Assembly (NCBI RefSeq): GCF_004010195.1
Contig: NC_057751.1
Location: 15,793,677 to 15,857,676, forward strand
Length of the DNA: 64,000 bases
From: Chiloscyllium plagiosum
Taxonomy: Eukaryota
Direction of reading: 5' to 3'
The notes beneath the pieces are model-generated. The model did not search any database, was not told where the DNA came from, and saw nothing but the letters and a program-made list of their open reading frames with translations. Shown here one piece after another: positions 36,881 through 50,070 of the stretch (positions are counted from its first letter, which is position 1; the number at the start of each line of letters is the position of its first letter). The position numbers were made by a program, and so were the translations under genes.

Positions 36881-38348
36881 TGCTTGGTTAGCATGTTAAT
36901 TTTACACCCCCTAACTTTTACAGCCTCTCCCCTTTATCACCTTCCCGACTTCTAACCTATCAAACCCCTCTGTAGTTTTAAAGACCTCTATTTATTCCTC
37001 ACATCCGAATCTAAACTACTTTGACCCATCTTGGTTCCTCTTGAGTTTGATGCCCATCTCCGATTAAGAAGACTTTCTCTCAGGTTGAAAGTTTTTAACT
37101 GACCTCCTGCCTCGAAGGAATTTTGGAGAGCAGTTCCAGATTTCAATTCTGTCCTCACGCCTGAAGAGCCTGGCTCTAACATTAAGGTTTTGCTCCCTTG
37201 GTCTGGACTCCAGAGCAAACAGGTTCTCTCCCTCTGCAGCCTCTCAAATCCATCATACACCTTGAATCTCCGCAGAATAGACAGGAGCAGGAGCATGCTA
37301 TGGGGCCTGTCTATCTGCCATCCAACATGATCGCACCTTTCCATTTTCCTGTCTGCCCCCATTTCCCCTTCTCTTCAGTGGTACCCAAAAATCTGTCCAA
37401 CTCAGCTGTGAATACATTCAATGACCTAGCCACCACTGTTCCCTGGGGAAAAGAGATATCCAAAGACAGCAAATTCATCCTCACCTCCATCTCAATGACC
37501 CTAGAAAAGCCCTCTCAGAATATTTAATGTTTCAATAAGATCATACACCTCATCGCTCTAAATGCAAATTTGCATTTGACAAAAATTCCTATACAGGGTG
37601 AGGACATCACCTTGTTGTCCTTGAGATGGTGTAGCAAGCTGCCTTCTCGAACCGCGACAGTCCACATGTTGTAGGGAGACCCTCAATACCCTTTGGGAGG
37701 GAAATCCAGGATTGCGACCCAGTGATGCTGAAGGAATGGCCAATATACTTCCAACTTGGAACGGCGAGTGACTCAGAGGGGAACCTGCAGAGATTGGGGT
37801 CCCCATCTATCTGCTGCCCTTGTCCTTCCAGATGGTCGAGATCATGGGTTTGGAAGTTGTCATCTTAGGAAATTTGGTGAGTTGCCACAGTGCATCATGT
37901 GGATGGTACACACTGCTGCTGCTGAGCGTTGGTGATGGAGGAAGTGGGTGTTTGTGGACGCGATCTTGCACCGCCCCACCTGCGCCCCCAACCTTTCTTC
38001 AATACTGTTTACAGAGGTTTACTTATATTAAAAAACCTTAGCCACCTATAAAGGACCATACACGTTTCTCTGAAGGGAGATAACTTTTAAGTGCAGCCAT
38101 TACATAACGACACGCACTCTTGTGGGTCCAAATTGAGAGATGGAAGAGAGTGCAAGATTGATGCTCCCTTGCAGTGCATGTAACAACTTGCTCAACCTTC
38201 CCTCACATTAATCAACCCCTTAATCTTCAAGCCAAGACAGTGAAACTTGTCCTTAGAATTTAAATCCTCTTAGCCTCACATAGTCATAAGTCTCCCTCTG
38301 ACACTATGGAGCGTTTACATTGCCCAGAATGAAGGTAACATTACATAC

Positions 38349-38379
38349 CTGGAAGATCATAGACAGAGCCGATATCCAG
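38349..38379 (-). CDS. Ferlin exon 10 equivalent (C2B micro-exon)
   Basis: 31 nt, ttacag|...|gtatgt; LDIGSVYDLP(D). Confidence 0.88.
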
Positions 38380-39044
38380 CTGTAAGGGATGATAATGTAC
38401 AATTTAAAGAAACTCTTCCTAAATCATGAAGTAAGTTTTTACTCAGCTATCTCGCGACTTCCACTTAGAGGAGACTGTAGCATTACCCAGGTAGCTCCTT
38501 GGTCTGGCAATTTATTTATTAAAATAGTAATAGAGAGGGACAAAACTGGTCCACACATTCAAGTCCTAATTTGGGGCAAGGTGAATTGTGATGGAATTAG
38601 ACAGGAGCGTGCAGGGGTTGATTGGAGCAGTTTGTTTGCAGGCAACAGGACCTCCAGCAAGTGGGAGACCTTTAAAAGTGAGATGGCTCGAGTTCAAGGT
38701 CTATGTGTTCCTGTGAGGTTGGCAGAAATTGGGAACCCTGGTTGACAAGACATGTTTTGACCAGAAAAAAGGAGGCGTGGATCAGGGACAGGCAGCTGGG
38801 ATCAAGGGAATCCCTGGAGTTAAACAGGGAATACAGGAGTTTACTAAAGAAGGAAATCAAGAGGACGTAAGGGGGGCACAAGAAAGCATTGGCTGAGAAG
38901 ATTAGGGTGAATCCAAAGAGGCACTTTAAGTATATTAAAGGAAAAAGAATAACTAGAGAGAGAACAGGACCCCTCAAGGACCAAAGGGGACGTGTGTGCT
39001 TAGAACTGCAAGAGATGGTTGTGAGGTTTTCAAGGAATATTTGT

Positions 39045-39347
39045 TCAAAGTTTGTGAGAAGATTTGTAGCTCAAGTGCTCGTTGTTGTGGTTCTGTTCGC
39101 CGAGCTGGGAATTTGTGTTGCAGACGTTTCCTCCCCTGTCAAGGTGACATCCTCGGTGCTTGGGAGCCTCCTGCAAAGGACAGCTGGAACTGACAACCGG
39201 AAGCGGCAGATTCAAACCACTACAAATGCCGGAGGAAACATCACAGAAGCGCTTCACAGGAGGCTCCCAAGCACTGAGGATGTCACCCAGACAGGGGACG
39301 AAATGTCTGCAATACAAATTCCCAGCTCGGCGAACAGAACCACAACA
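39045..39347. mobile_element. Fold-back element (family C) with hammerhead motifs and TSD, inserted in CR1 ORF2
   Basis: 91-bp inverted arms 39083-39173 and 39257-39347; AGGAATATTTGT repeated at 39033-39044 and 39347-39358. Confidence 0.85.
39271..39310 (+). ncRNA. Hammerhead ribozyme motif (family C)
   Basis: GCA-CTGAGGA-T-GTC...GAC-GAAA-TGTC-TGC; stem I GCA/TGC and stem II GTC/GAC pair. The sister copy in the opposite arm keeps GAAACGTC. Confidence 0.65.
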
Positions 39348-40792
39348 GGAATATTTGTCCTCTGTGTTTATCATGGAGAAAGACATGGGAATTTGGGGAA
39401 GTTAGTGGTGACATATTGGGGACACTCCATGTCACATTGGAGGTGGTGTTGGATGTATTAGAATGTACAAAGGTGGATACATATCCTGGTCCTGCAAGAG
39501 GCGAGAGAAGAAACTGCAGGGACCCTTGCTGATATTTTTGCATCATCGTTAGCCATGGGTATAGTCCCAGAAAACTGGAAGGTAATTAATGTTGTACTAT
39601 TATTCAAGAAGCGCTGCAAATAAAAGCCTGGGAACTACATACCAGTAAGCTAACCTGGTCGGTAAATTACTTGAGATGATTCTGAGAGATAAGATGCACA
39701 TGCATTTGGAAAGACAGAGTTTGATTAGGATTAGTCAGCATGGCTTTGCGCGTGGGAGATCATGCCTCACAAATTTGTTATGAATTGTTTGATGAGGTGG
39801 CCAGGAAGGTTGATGAGGGGAGGGCAGGGCAGTAGACGTAGACTATATGGATTTCAGTAAGGTCTTTGATAAGGTTCCATATGGTAGGCTGCTGTGGAAG
39901 GTTACATCACATTGAATCCAAGGGGAGCTGGAAAATTGGATACACAGTTGACTTGATGGGATTGTAATAGTGGAAGGACGCTTGTCAGACTGGAGGCTTG
40001 TGACTCGTGGAGTGGTGCTGGACCCATTACTGTTTGTTATCTATATCAATGTTTGAGAATGTACAAGGCAGTGATTAGTAAGTTTGCTGATGACACTCAA
40101 ATAGGTGGTATCGTGGACAGTGAGGAAGTTTATCAGAAACTGCAGCAAGCCCTTGATCAGCTGGGGAAGTGGGCCGAGAAATGGCAAATGGCATTTAATA
40201 CAGATAAGCGTGAGGTCTTGCAGTTTGGAAAGTCAAATCAAGGCTGGAGTTTCATGGTGAAAGGTAGGGTCTTAACGAATCTAGTGGAACAGAAGGTCCT
40301 TGGAGTTCAGGTGCACGGTTCTCTGAAAGTGGAGTCCCAGGTAGACAGGGCAGTGAAGAAGGCTTTTAGCACACTGGCCCTCATCAGTCAGGGCACAGAG
40401 TATAGACGTTGGGAAGTTATCTTGCAATTAGACAGGATGTTGGTGAGGCCGCACTTGGAGTATTGTATTCAGTGTTGGTCACCTTGCTACAGGAAGGATG
40501 TTAATCAACTGAAAAGAGTGCAGAAGAAATTTACAAGGATGTTGCCTGGACTCCAAGGTCTGAATTATAGGGAGAGGTTGGACAATTAGGACTTTTTTGT
40601 TTAGAGTGTAGGAGACTGAGGGGAAGGGGGAATCTTATAGAGGTGTATAAGAACATGGGAAGCATGGCTAGGGTGAACGCACTCAGTCTTTTTCCCAGGG
40701 TTGGAGAATCGAGGACTAGAGGACATCAGTTTAAGGTTAGAGGGGAGAGAATAAAAGGGAACCTGAGGGGCAACATTTTTACACAGAGGGTT

Positions 40793-41104
40793 TTAGATTA
40801 GATTACTTACAGTGTGGAAACAGGCCCTTCGGCCCAACAAGTCCACACCGACCCGCCGAAGCGCAACCCACCCATACCCCTACCTTTACCCCTTTAACCT
40901 AACACTACGGGCAATTTAGCATGGCCAATTCACCTGACCCGCACATCTTTGGACTGTGGGAGGAAACCGGAGCACCCGGAGGAAACCCACGCAGACACGG
41001 GGAGAATGTGCAAACTCCACACAGTCAGTCGCCTGAGTCGGGAATTGAACCCGGGTCTACAGGCGCTGTGAGGCAGCAGTGCTAACCACTGGGCCACCGT
41101 GCCG
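40793..41104 (-). mobile_element. tRNA-derived SINE, young, nested in CR1
   Basis: Reverse complement of the same SINE. Confidence 0.9.
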
Positions 41105-42467
41105 ACCACAGGGTGGTACGCATATGGAATGAGCTGCCAGCCGAAGTGGTTGAGGCGGGCACATTAATAACATTTAAAAAGCATTTGGACAAATACAGGG
41201 ATAGGAAAGGATTAGAAGGATATGGGCCAAGTGCAGGGAAATGGGGTTAGCGTGGACAGACGTTTTGGTCGGCACGGACCAGTTTGGGCCAAAGGGCCTG
41301 TCTACGTGCTGTGGGGACTCTCTGACTCTCTCACTCTATGAACAGTTCTCTCTCAAAGCCCTAACAGCTGGAGCTGGAGTTGCAATGTTGAAAATGAACC
41401 AAGTGCAACCAAATTTTAAAAAACGGCAAAGACGAAAGAGAAGATTAAAAGCATGCTCAAATCAGGTGAATCTTGCAGCCATCCCCAACCTGTCTTCAGT
41501 GCTTTTAACTGTTTACGGGACATTGTTGCAGGCAAGGTTCTGTCAGGGTTGCCTACATTAAACATTTTTTTTGCTACCCATGTCCCCTTATTGTGTGAAT
41601 CTCTTTCTAATATCCCCACGGGTTAAGGGCTACGTATTTTCATATGAAGAGACATATGATTTATATCATCCATCATGTATTGAACACATACTTCAGAGTA
41701 GAGCGATGGAAGCGAGCGCAAACTTGATGCTCCCATGTAGTAACATCAAAGGCTGTGACACTGAACCTTAGAGAACTGTGAACCAAGTGCAGATCGAGGT
41801 CAGATCTAAGAGATGTGGATTGTCGATGAACACAGACACAAACACAAGACGAATCATTCTGTGCATGGAGCAGAGATCACCCTGGAGAGAGGGGTGTGTA
41901 CTACAGTTCACTCAGTAAGTCCCAGTTGCTGTGACAGCATGGATCTTTGCGCAAAGTGATGGCAGAGGCTCCAATGTCAATTGATCAGAAATCACTCCCA
42001 ACTATCACCGACGTGCACTGGAAGGATTTGCCAGTCAGTGTTCCAATTGGTTGAGCATATTCTGCACACACTTTCCTTGATGGGTCTTGAACCTGGAACT
42101 TCTGGTCCAGATGTATTGGCACTACTCACAAGACTGGAGGGTTTCTTCCAGCGTTGTTGGTACATCCCCCAAGAGCTTGACACGACACCTTACAAAGCAG
42201 CTTTGGAGAATATGACAGAATGGGGACCATTTGGTCCATCACATTTTTGACTACATGACCAATTGGTCACATCCTCGACCTGTTCCCCATATTTCTCCCA
42301 AACCTACGAGATTCCTCGTGCATTGTGACCCAGGGTAGCAATGAAGACACGCCTCATGATACGTTGAGCAGTTTTACCAGGCAGTCCAAAAGCAAAGCTG
42401 CTTTATTACAAAAATCTGTCGTGTACCTGAAATGTGTGAGGCCTCAAGTCGGCATGGAAAAACTCAC

Positions 42468-42518
42468 CTTGAATACACCGATCATGGAATCAGCTCGAAG
42501 TGAGTGCGAATTTAATAC
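42468..42518 (-). CDS. Ferlin exon 9 equivalent (C2B)
   Basis: 51 nt, ttgcag|...|gtgagt; VLNSHSLRADSMIGVFK. Confidence 0.93.
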
Positions 42519-42829
42519 CTGCAAAAAGAAAGACAGGGAGTGATCCATGAGGGTAAGAGGCAGCTACCACTCTGAAAGCTAAAGAACTGGCGATACCCGG
42601 CTCTGTATCGGTCGCACAAAACATTGCTGAGTGCCCTGGGGGTACCACATGGGGAATCCCAGATGTCCAATGCATGGTAGAATTTGACCAATAAGGGCAC
42701 ACTTAATTCAGTCAACATTTCAAACCTGCAAGCCCCATCTTTCTTTTCCATTGAGGACATTTTGATTTTACGTTAATTACGACTCACAGGAGAATGCACA
42801 AAAACAAAGGCAGTGAGTTTGGACGATAC

Positions 42830-43025
42830 AAGTCAGAAACAGCTGGAGAAGCTCAGCGGATCGAGCAGCAGTCTGTGGAGAGAGAAAGCAGAGTCAACAT
42901 ATTGGGTCCAGTGGTCCTTCTTTGGAAGGTTGACTCTGCCTTCTCTCCACGGATGCTGCCAGACCTGCTGAGTTTCTCCAGCTATTGCTGCCAATGTTTT
43001 GGATTTCCAGCACCTGCACTTGTTT
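42830..43025. mobile_element. Older fold-back element related to family A
   Basis: Inverted arms at about 42840-42898 and 42929-42983 (GCTGGAGAAGCTCAGC.../...GCTGAGTTTCTCCAGC). Confidence 0.6.
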
Positions 43026-44705
43026 TGGAACATACAGGTTTCTCCACAGTTCAAGACCGGCTGAGAAGTGCAACACAGCGCCATCGCTGGCCAAGAGATG
43101 TGGTTACAGCATGACAAGTTTATACAGGTCACTCCCATTATAAACACAAACACTAAGGTGTCCCATGGCACACTGGTATTGTCCCTACCTCTGAGTGAAA
43201 AGCTTGAAGACACACCCCAAGTAATTCAATGCGGACACGGGAATTCAAAACAGTAAGACAGAAGCGAGGGTTGCAGACAAACAGGCAGTCTAGATTTTAC
43301 CTTTTTCATTGATTTCTACACGAGATTGAGTTACAATTCATCCTGACATTACAGTACAGAACTGTGATGCCTTCTCTGGACAATACAAGTCATACAGTTT
43401 ACAGTGCAAGAGGCCATTTGGCCTGTTTTCCCGGTGCCAGGTCTGAAATATCAACTAGGAGATTAATCCCATCCACCATTCATTGAGACCTGCATCTCAA
43501 CATTTCCCTGTACACTGGAAAGTCTTCATGATCCTTTTAAGGAAGACTGTCATCATCAAGTGTAAGAAGAATTTCAAGCTCACACAGTCTGGCTGTGGAT
43601 TGTCACACCAGAGAAAACAGGTTTGCTCCACCTCCCCTTTTCAAATCCCAGTTTCATTTTAAGCAAATGGGAGACAGCACACAGCGACCATTTTCTGATC
43701 TCTCATCCCAGTGTTGATCCTTTCCCCACAAAGCCAGGCAGGAAGTCTGCGGGTAGGCCAACTTGGGATGGAAACCCTGCTGAAATCAAACCTTCCTTTT
43801 AACTCAGGACCAACCACTGAATTTAGTATCAGTCAACAGCCAGGTTTACAAGTCTCTGAACCCTGCTTCCATGAGGAAGCTTCAATAGATAGTGATCATG
43901 GTGCAATTCTGTCATGGAGAAAGGCCATTCAGCCTATCGAGTCCATGCTGTATGTTCAGCAATCTCTCCTCTCCCTGTGCTTTTGCATTACAGCCCTGTG
44001 AGTTTATTACCCCCAAGTGTCTGTCCAATTCCCTTCTGAAATCATTCCCTGTCTCCACTTCTACTGCCTTCACAGGCAGGGAGATCCAGCTCATTACGAC
44101 TCACTAAAGAAACAAGATCTTCCTCACATGTGCCCCTCAGTATCTCTTGCCCAGAACCTTAAACCTTGTGTGCCCCCACTAGTCCTGGAATTGTCAGCTG
44201 ATTGGACCAGCTCCTTTTTGCCTGCCTTACCTGGAACCTGTGATAATCTTGTCCAAATTCCCTCTCAATCTACAGGAGGACAGTCCCAGCTCCTCCAACC
44301 CAACACTGTCACTAAAATCCCTCCTCCCCTGGAACCATTCTGGTCAATCCCCTCCGGGCCTGACCAACGGGCAGAAGTGGGAATTCAGTTTGTCCCGAGC
44401 CCAGGGTTTGGATGGAGTTACATCAGCCAGCAGAGAGATCTGTTTGCAGAACAGATAGGCTGACCCCCACCAGACATTCACTAGCTCGACTTAATGGGGC
44501 TGAGTGAGGAACACACTGGGGTCAGGATACCATGCATTGGTGTGGGGGAAGACACAATCACACCCATCAAATGGATTATACTGACGCACAGTGACAGGAA
44601 GCTGGCGTGCTGTTACAGACCAGCACATGGCATGATTCTGAGCTGCAAATCCAACAATTCTTTTCGACTCTTGACTTGAGAGCAATTTAAAATCTGTTAA
44701 CCTAC

Positions 44706-44768
44706 CTGCAGGTGTATAAGTGTGTTGAAAACCTCACTTGGGGGTTTATGAAAATTCTGGAAGAAAAG
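44706..44768 (-). CDS. Ferlin exon 8 equivalent (C2B)
   Basis: 63 nt, gacag|...|gtagg; LFFQNFHKPPSEVFNTLIHLQ. Confidence 0.9.
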
Positions 44769-45394
44769 CTGTCAAACAGAAAAGCAGCATTATTTATCTT
44801 GCAGGGGACAACTTGAAACTACACAAAGCTGGACATGTGAACAAAACTGTCCATCCTGCGCTCAGTAGGACAAATGCAAGAAGGCCAAATTTCAAACCAT
44901 CACAACTACTTATGGTGCAGGACGAAGGATGCTGATTGGCCAAGGCCATGCCATGGAGAAACGCCAAGTTCCTCAGCGTTGTGTCCTCAGCCCAACCATC
45001 TTCAGCTGCTTATTCAATCACCTTCGCGTCACAGGTCAGAAGTGAGAATGTTTGGAAATGTTCAGCACCATTCGCAACTCCTCAGATACTCTATCAGTCC
45101 ATGTCAATTTGCAGCAATACCCTGAACAACAATTAAGTTTGGGATGACCAATGGTAAGGAACCAGTGGTAAGTGCCAGGAAATGACCATCTCCAACATGA
45201 TAGAATCTGACCATCACTCTTTATCATTCAATGGCATTACCATCAATGAATACTCCATTATCAACATCCTGCAAGTTACTATTGACCAATAGCTGAACTG
45301 GGCCAGCCATATAAATACTTTGGTTACAGGCTGGAAATCCTGCAGCAAGTAATTCACCTCTGATTCCCCAAAGCCTATCCCCACCATCCATAAG

Positions 45395-46089
45395 TCTTAC
45401 AACACAGGGGAAACCCTTAATTTAAACCAGCAACACAGTAAAGATTTAACCCATGCAGTAATCTGTGAAAATTCAAGAGGCCAAGAACTAAAGTAAAAAT
45501 TAACAACTTTATTTCTTAAAGTATAACAGAGAATAATTAACTGACAACTATTTACACCTCCTTTCTCTAACCTATCTGTTACCTTTCCTACTCATTTGAT
45601 AAAACTCCCAATTAAGATTTACAGGAAAATTCAAATTTTAACACCAACCAGCAGTTGAATCTTCTCTTTATCTTCGTCAGTAGATTGGCTCTCCAGATCA
45701 GTGTTGAGGTTTTTCTCTGTGCAAACTCCTTCTCGAGACAGGTACCTCTCAGACAGTTCTGACTCTCAGTCTACACCTGTTGGTCTGGTGACAGTTCTCC
45801 TCCCAACTGTTCAATTTTCCCCAGTCTTAGACCCCCCAAAGCATCGGATTGTGTCATTGGCTTTAAAGATTGTCAATATACTCAATTCAAAGTTGTTTGG
45901 AATTTAGTATTTTTCGGGGTATAATTTAAACTGATTGGCCTAATTCGAATCTGTTTTGTCATTTCCAGGCAGCCAGCTACTCCAGTCGCTGGAGCACAAG
46001 TTACATCGTGTCTCATTGAGAACACTTGGTGCTGTCACTGGTATCTTTTACTCTCTCAAAAGGTGTAGTTCACCCACATCTTCATAACA
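45395..46089 (-). mobile_element. Putative solo LTR (695 bp) inserted in a LINE fragment
   Basis: 5-bp TSD ATAAG (45390-45394, 46090-46094); termini TCTTA...TAACA, near-inverted and TG..CA-like with one change; AATAAA on minus near 45510. The flanks rejoin into the LINE sequence seen uninterrupted near 19353-19410. Confidence 0.7.
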
Positions 46090-47194
46090 ATAAGGCACAA
46101 GTCAGGAGTGTGATGGAATACTTCCCACATTTCCAGGTAAGTGCAGCTCCAACAACACTCAAGAGGCTTGAGACCATCCAGGACAAAAGCAGCCTGTTTG
46201 ATTTGCACCACATTCACAAACATCTCTCTCTCCACTACTGATACGCAGCAGCAGCAATGTGTACCACCCAGAAGATGTACTGCAGCAATGTACCTAGGCT
46301 CCTTTGAAAGCACCTTCTAAAACAACAGTTTCTATCTCAAAGGATAAGGACAGCAGGTACATGGGGCACCGCCACCTACAAATTCCCCTCCACGCCACTC
46401 ATCATCCTGACTGGGAAATAGAGCAACATTCCTTCACTGGCATTGGGTCAAAATCCTGGGAACTCCCTCCTTAATGGCACTGTGGGTGCACCCCCACCGC
46501 ACGGACTGCAGTAGTTCAAGAAGGCAACTCACCAGCACATTCCTAAGGGTGGATAATAAATGCTGGCCGTCCAGCAATGCCCGCATTCCATGAGTTTACA
46601 AGATTACTGATAAGGCCCAGGGAGTAATATGAATTCCAACGTGTACACTGACTGGGGAAGTAATCCAATGTGGTCAAGTAATCCACGACCTCCAGGGTTG
46701 CTCGAGAAATATTGATATTATTTTCATGAGCACGGATAAAAGCTGGAAATGCGGGAGCCAGGTTTACACCTAGCCGGACTCTGCTATTTGTGAACAAGTG
46801 GAGCTGGAACAGACAAGCCAAGCCTTGGAGAGTCAACTTCCCGTCAAAACCAGATAGGCCTGGTCCTACCTGATGAGGTGCTAACGGCCACACTGTTTCA
46901 GAATGAATCATTCTTTCCACCTCCAATCAACCTGCTTTGTTAGATTCATGTTACCCAGACTTGTGGCACCCACCTCAGTAGGCAAAAACGCGACAAGGAA
47001 CAGCTGAAGGTTCAAAACCATGTTCTGTGACCTCAAGGTACTGAAATTAATCACCTCATTGGATCTTCCTGCCCCCGCCTGATTGGACAGTATTGGACAC
47101 AAGCCACAGAATTGCCGAGAAGGTGTGAAGAGGTGTGAAGAGGACAATCTGGAGATCCACTTTGCTCTGCTTTGACACCCTCAAGACCGTTGGG

Positions 47195-47391
47195 CAGAAG
47201 TGGGTACTGCAGATGCTGGAAATCAGAGTCGAGATTAGAGTGGCGCTGGAATAGCACAGCAGGTCAGGCAGCAACCGAGAAGAAGGAAAATCAATGCTTC
47301 GGGCAAAGGCTTTTGCCCGAAGCGTTGATTTTCCTGCTCCTTGGGTGCGGCCTGACCTGCTGTGCTTTTCCAGCACCACTCTAATCTCGAC
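47195..47391. mobile_element. Penelope-derived fold-back element (family A)
   Basis: Palindrome centred on the stem-II sequence (CTTCGGGCAAAGGCTTTTGCCCGAAG); ACCCTCAAGAC repeated at 47177-47187 and 47390-47400. Confidence 0.8.
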
Positions 47392-48792
47392 CCTCAAGAC
47401 AGCGTCTCTGACCGACAGCCGAGCTACACAGCATCTCCAGCTCCTTGTACCTTGTGATGAGTGTCATCAAACTGACCAGACTCAAAGAGACCACCTCAGT
47501 CAGGTGACCCCGAGACCAGAACTGGCCTGAGACGAGACAGGAAGCTCAAAATCGACAACTGCAGATCCTGAAACATCAGCCAATCCTCAAAGACCAAGGA
47601 AAAGCCTTTCCCAGCTTTCTTGAACAGGTTTTCCCAATCTTTTCAGACAACAGCTTCAGTACAGAGGTCAGGTCAGGGTGTAACGAATCCTCAGAAGCCC
47701 ATATCAAAAGTGGATAGCTGGTGTACATTTGAAACTGTTTACTTAGAATTTTAAAGCTGTTTACTAAAGAGCCCAGTGAAGAGATGGTTTGAGAAATTGT
47801 AATTAAAAGTACAATAATACAGTCTGATAAATATTGTTTTTTTCTTGATAAACTATTCAATTAAGGTGTGTTGGACCTTCCCCTGACTTGTCCCAACTCC
47901 CAAATGGTCTATCTTGCCACATAATGCTCTTGAGTTAAAAATGGTTATTGCAAACTGACCAAGGTTGGTCACCTTTCACTTCACAATAGTTAGTTCACAG
48001 TCACTAATACTCAAGAACTCTCTGTTTCCATGACTGGGAGTCACTTGCTTAACAATCCTTAAGTGTGCCAACAGCTGCATGAACAACCAACGTCACATAA
48101 TGGATTGAGCTGGTAACGTGACTCATTCGAGTTTGTCAGAGGTAACACACATTCACGCACAGGGATCCTTTCTCCGGAAAAAATTAGGAAAATACGTTCA
48201 AAGCTTGAGCCTTTTCTTGGACTACCCAGGGGTTTGGGAGTCTGTTATTCACTCACTTCTGGCACGCACAACTCCACAAGAGATCTGGAGGAATCATTTC
48301 CTGCCCACTAGACCAGGGCACCGCAATAAGCTTTAGCTCCCAACCTCCTTCCCCAGCTGGGAGATCGATGACTTGGCCGAGCTCTTGAGTTGGTCGCTCA
48401 CCTACTCGTATGGGAACAGGAGGTGCCACTCAAGCCTGTCCTGTCAGTTGATGATCATGGCTTCACACAAAAATCAAACCGGGTCTTCAATTTCTGCATG
48501 TGTACAAATCCGAACACTGCAACTGACAGTCGAAGGGACAGTTAGTAATCGTTGCTTGCGTATGTGGCTGTAGCTGTATGAAGCTGTACCTACCTGGCTG
48601 GAAGTAGTCTTCATTGAGAAAATGACTGGATGTGGGTGAAGCTTTTTGTTTCGGAATGCAATAGATTAGGAGTTAATGTCAGAGGCCCAGGGTACATTGA
48701 AAATCAAGGACATATCCTTTCCAACTGGTCAACTGGCTCAAAAGATTTCTAAAACATGGGGCAAATTAATTGTTTTGGATAGCAGAAAGGAA

Positions 48793-49490
48793 GTCATAGA
48801 GTTATACAGCGGAAACAGACCCTTAGATACAACTCATCCGTAACAACCAGGGTTCCTAAACTGATCTCATTCCAAATGCCAGCGTTTGGACCATATCCCT
48901 CCAAACCCTTCCTATTCACATTCCCATCCATTTAATGCTGCCATTGTACCAGCCTCCACCACTTCCTCTGGCAGCTCATTCCATACACGCACCACCCTCT
49001 GCGTGAAAATGTTGCCCCTCAGGTCCCTTTCAAATCTTTTCCTTCTCACCTACAACACTCTGGTTTTTGAGTTCCTTTACCCTGGGGAAAAGACCTTGGC
49101 TATGCACCCTATCCATACCCCTCATCATTTTACAAACCTCTATCAGCTCACCCCAAAAGAGCCCCAACCTATTCAGCCTCTCCCTACGGCTCAAACCCTC
49201 CAATCTTTTGTAAATCTTTTCTGAACCCTTTCAAGTCAAACATCTTTTCTATCGCAGGGAGACCAGTATTGAATGCAGTACTCCAAAAGTGGCCTCACCA
49301 ATGTTCACCATCCCTCACATTGCCATTTATCGTGTATCCCCTTTTACTGTTTGACCTCTCTCTCTCACAAATGCATCACCTCACACCTATGAGCTGAACT
49401 CGATCTGCCACTTTCCTGCCCTCCTCACCATACCATCGACATCACTTTGGAGGTCTCCTCCACACCATCCACTACACGTCCAATTTTTGT
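48793..49490 (-). mobile_element. CR1 LINE fragment(s)
   Basis: Similar to the 58308-59568 copy. Confidence 0.85.
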
Positions 49491-49941
49491 GTTGCCTTGA
49501 ACCACACTCACTCCAGGGAGAGGGAATGCACCAACAAGATGGCCTACCTCTACACAGGTTCGGAGAAGCCCATACAGGTATGGAATCCAGCAGAGACAGG
49601 GGTTTAAGGAATCAGAGGAAGAAAACTCCAAGTCAAATCCATTCAAATTTGTTCTCCGTGACTGAGACAGGGAAGGCTGTTCAGACATTACTTGGAAAAC
49701 CCTGCAGCAGTTAGACTCAATAAACCTTTCCAGTTTGCAACAGCTTGACAGTCCTGTTGTTGTCTTACCCCGAGTACTTAAATCCTCACTCGCCAACAAC
49801 CATCTCAATCAAATTTCAAAGGGTCTCGTGCAGGGGTGAGCCAGTTGCAAGTTTGCACCACACTGGCCCCTCTCTGCCACCAGTTACACAGCCAAGGTGG
49901 TTGCCACTCAGCTCCTGCAGTGGCAAGGGAAATCTCCTTAC

Positions 49942-50070
49942 CTCGTCGAAGATAGGGTTGTTACCCCGTTTGATTCTGGTCCGGAAAACGGTGTCGCCTA
50001 CGTAGACCTTCACCACGGGCCGGATGTTGGCACCCTGCAGCTGACGGCCCTCAATAATCCGGACTCGAAC
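49942..50070 (-). CDS. Ferlin exon 7 equivalent (C2B)
   Basis: 129 nt; VRVRIIEGRQLQGANIRPVVKVYVGDTVFRTRIKRGNNPIFDE. Confidence 0.97.

Larger units (their letters stand above)
38520..41330 (+). mobile_element. CR1 LINE ORF2/3' end, decayed, interrupted by a fold-back element and a SINE
   Basis: RT motifs (SQHGF, MDFSK.FDKVP, ISKFADDTQIGG, LVRPHLEYC, RVQKKFTRMLPG) with stops and frameshifts. Confidence 0.92.

Noticed and set aside
48594..48625. Possible small exon on minus (cag...gtag)
   Set aside because: No ferlin homology; exons 7 and 8 already join in phase.
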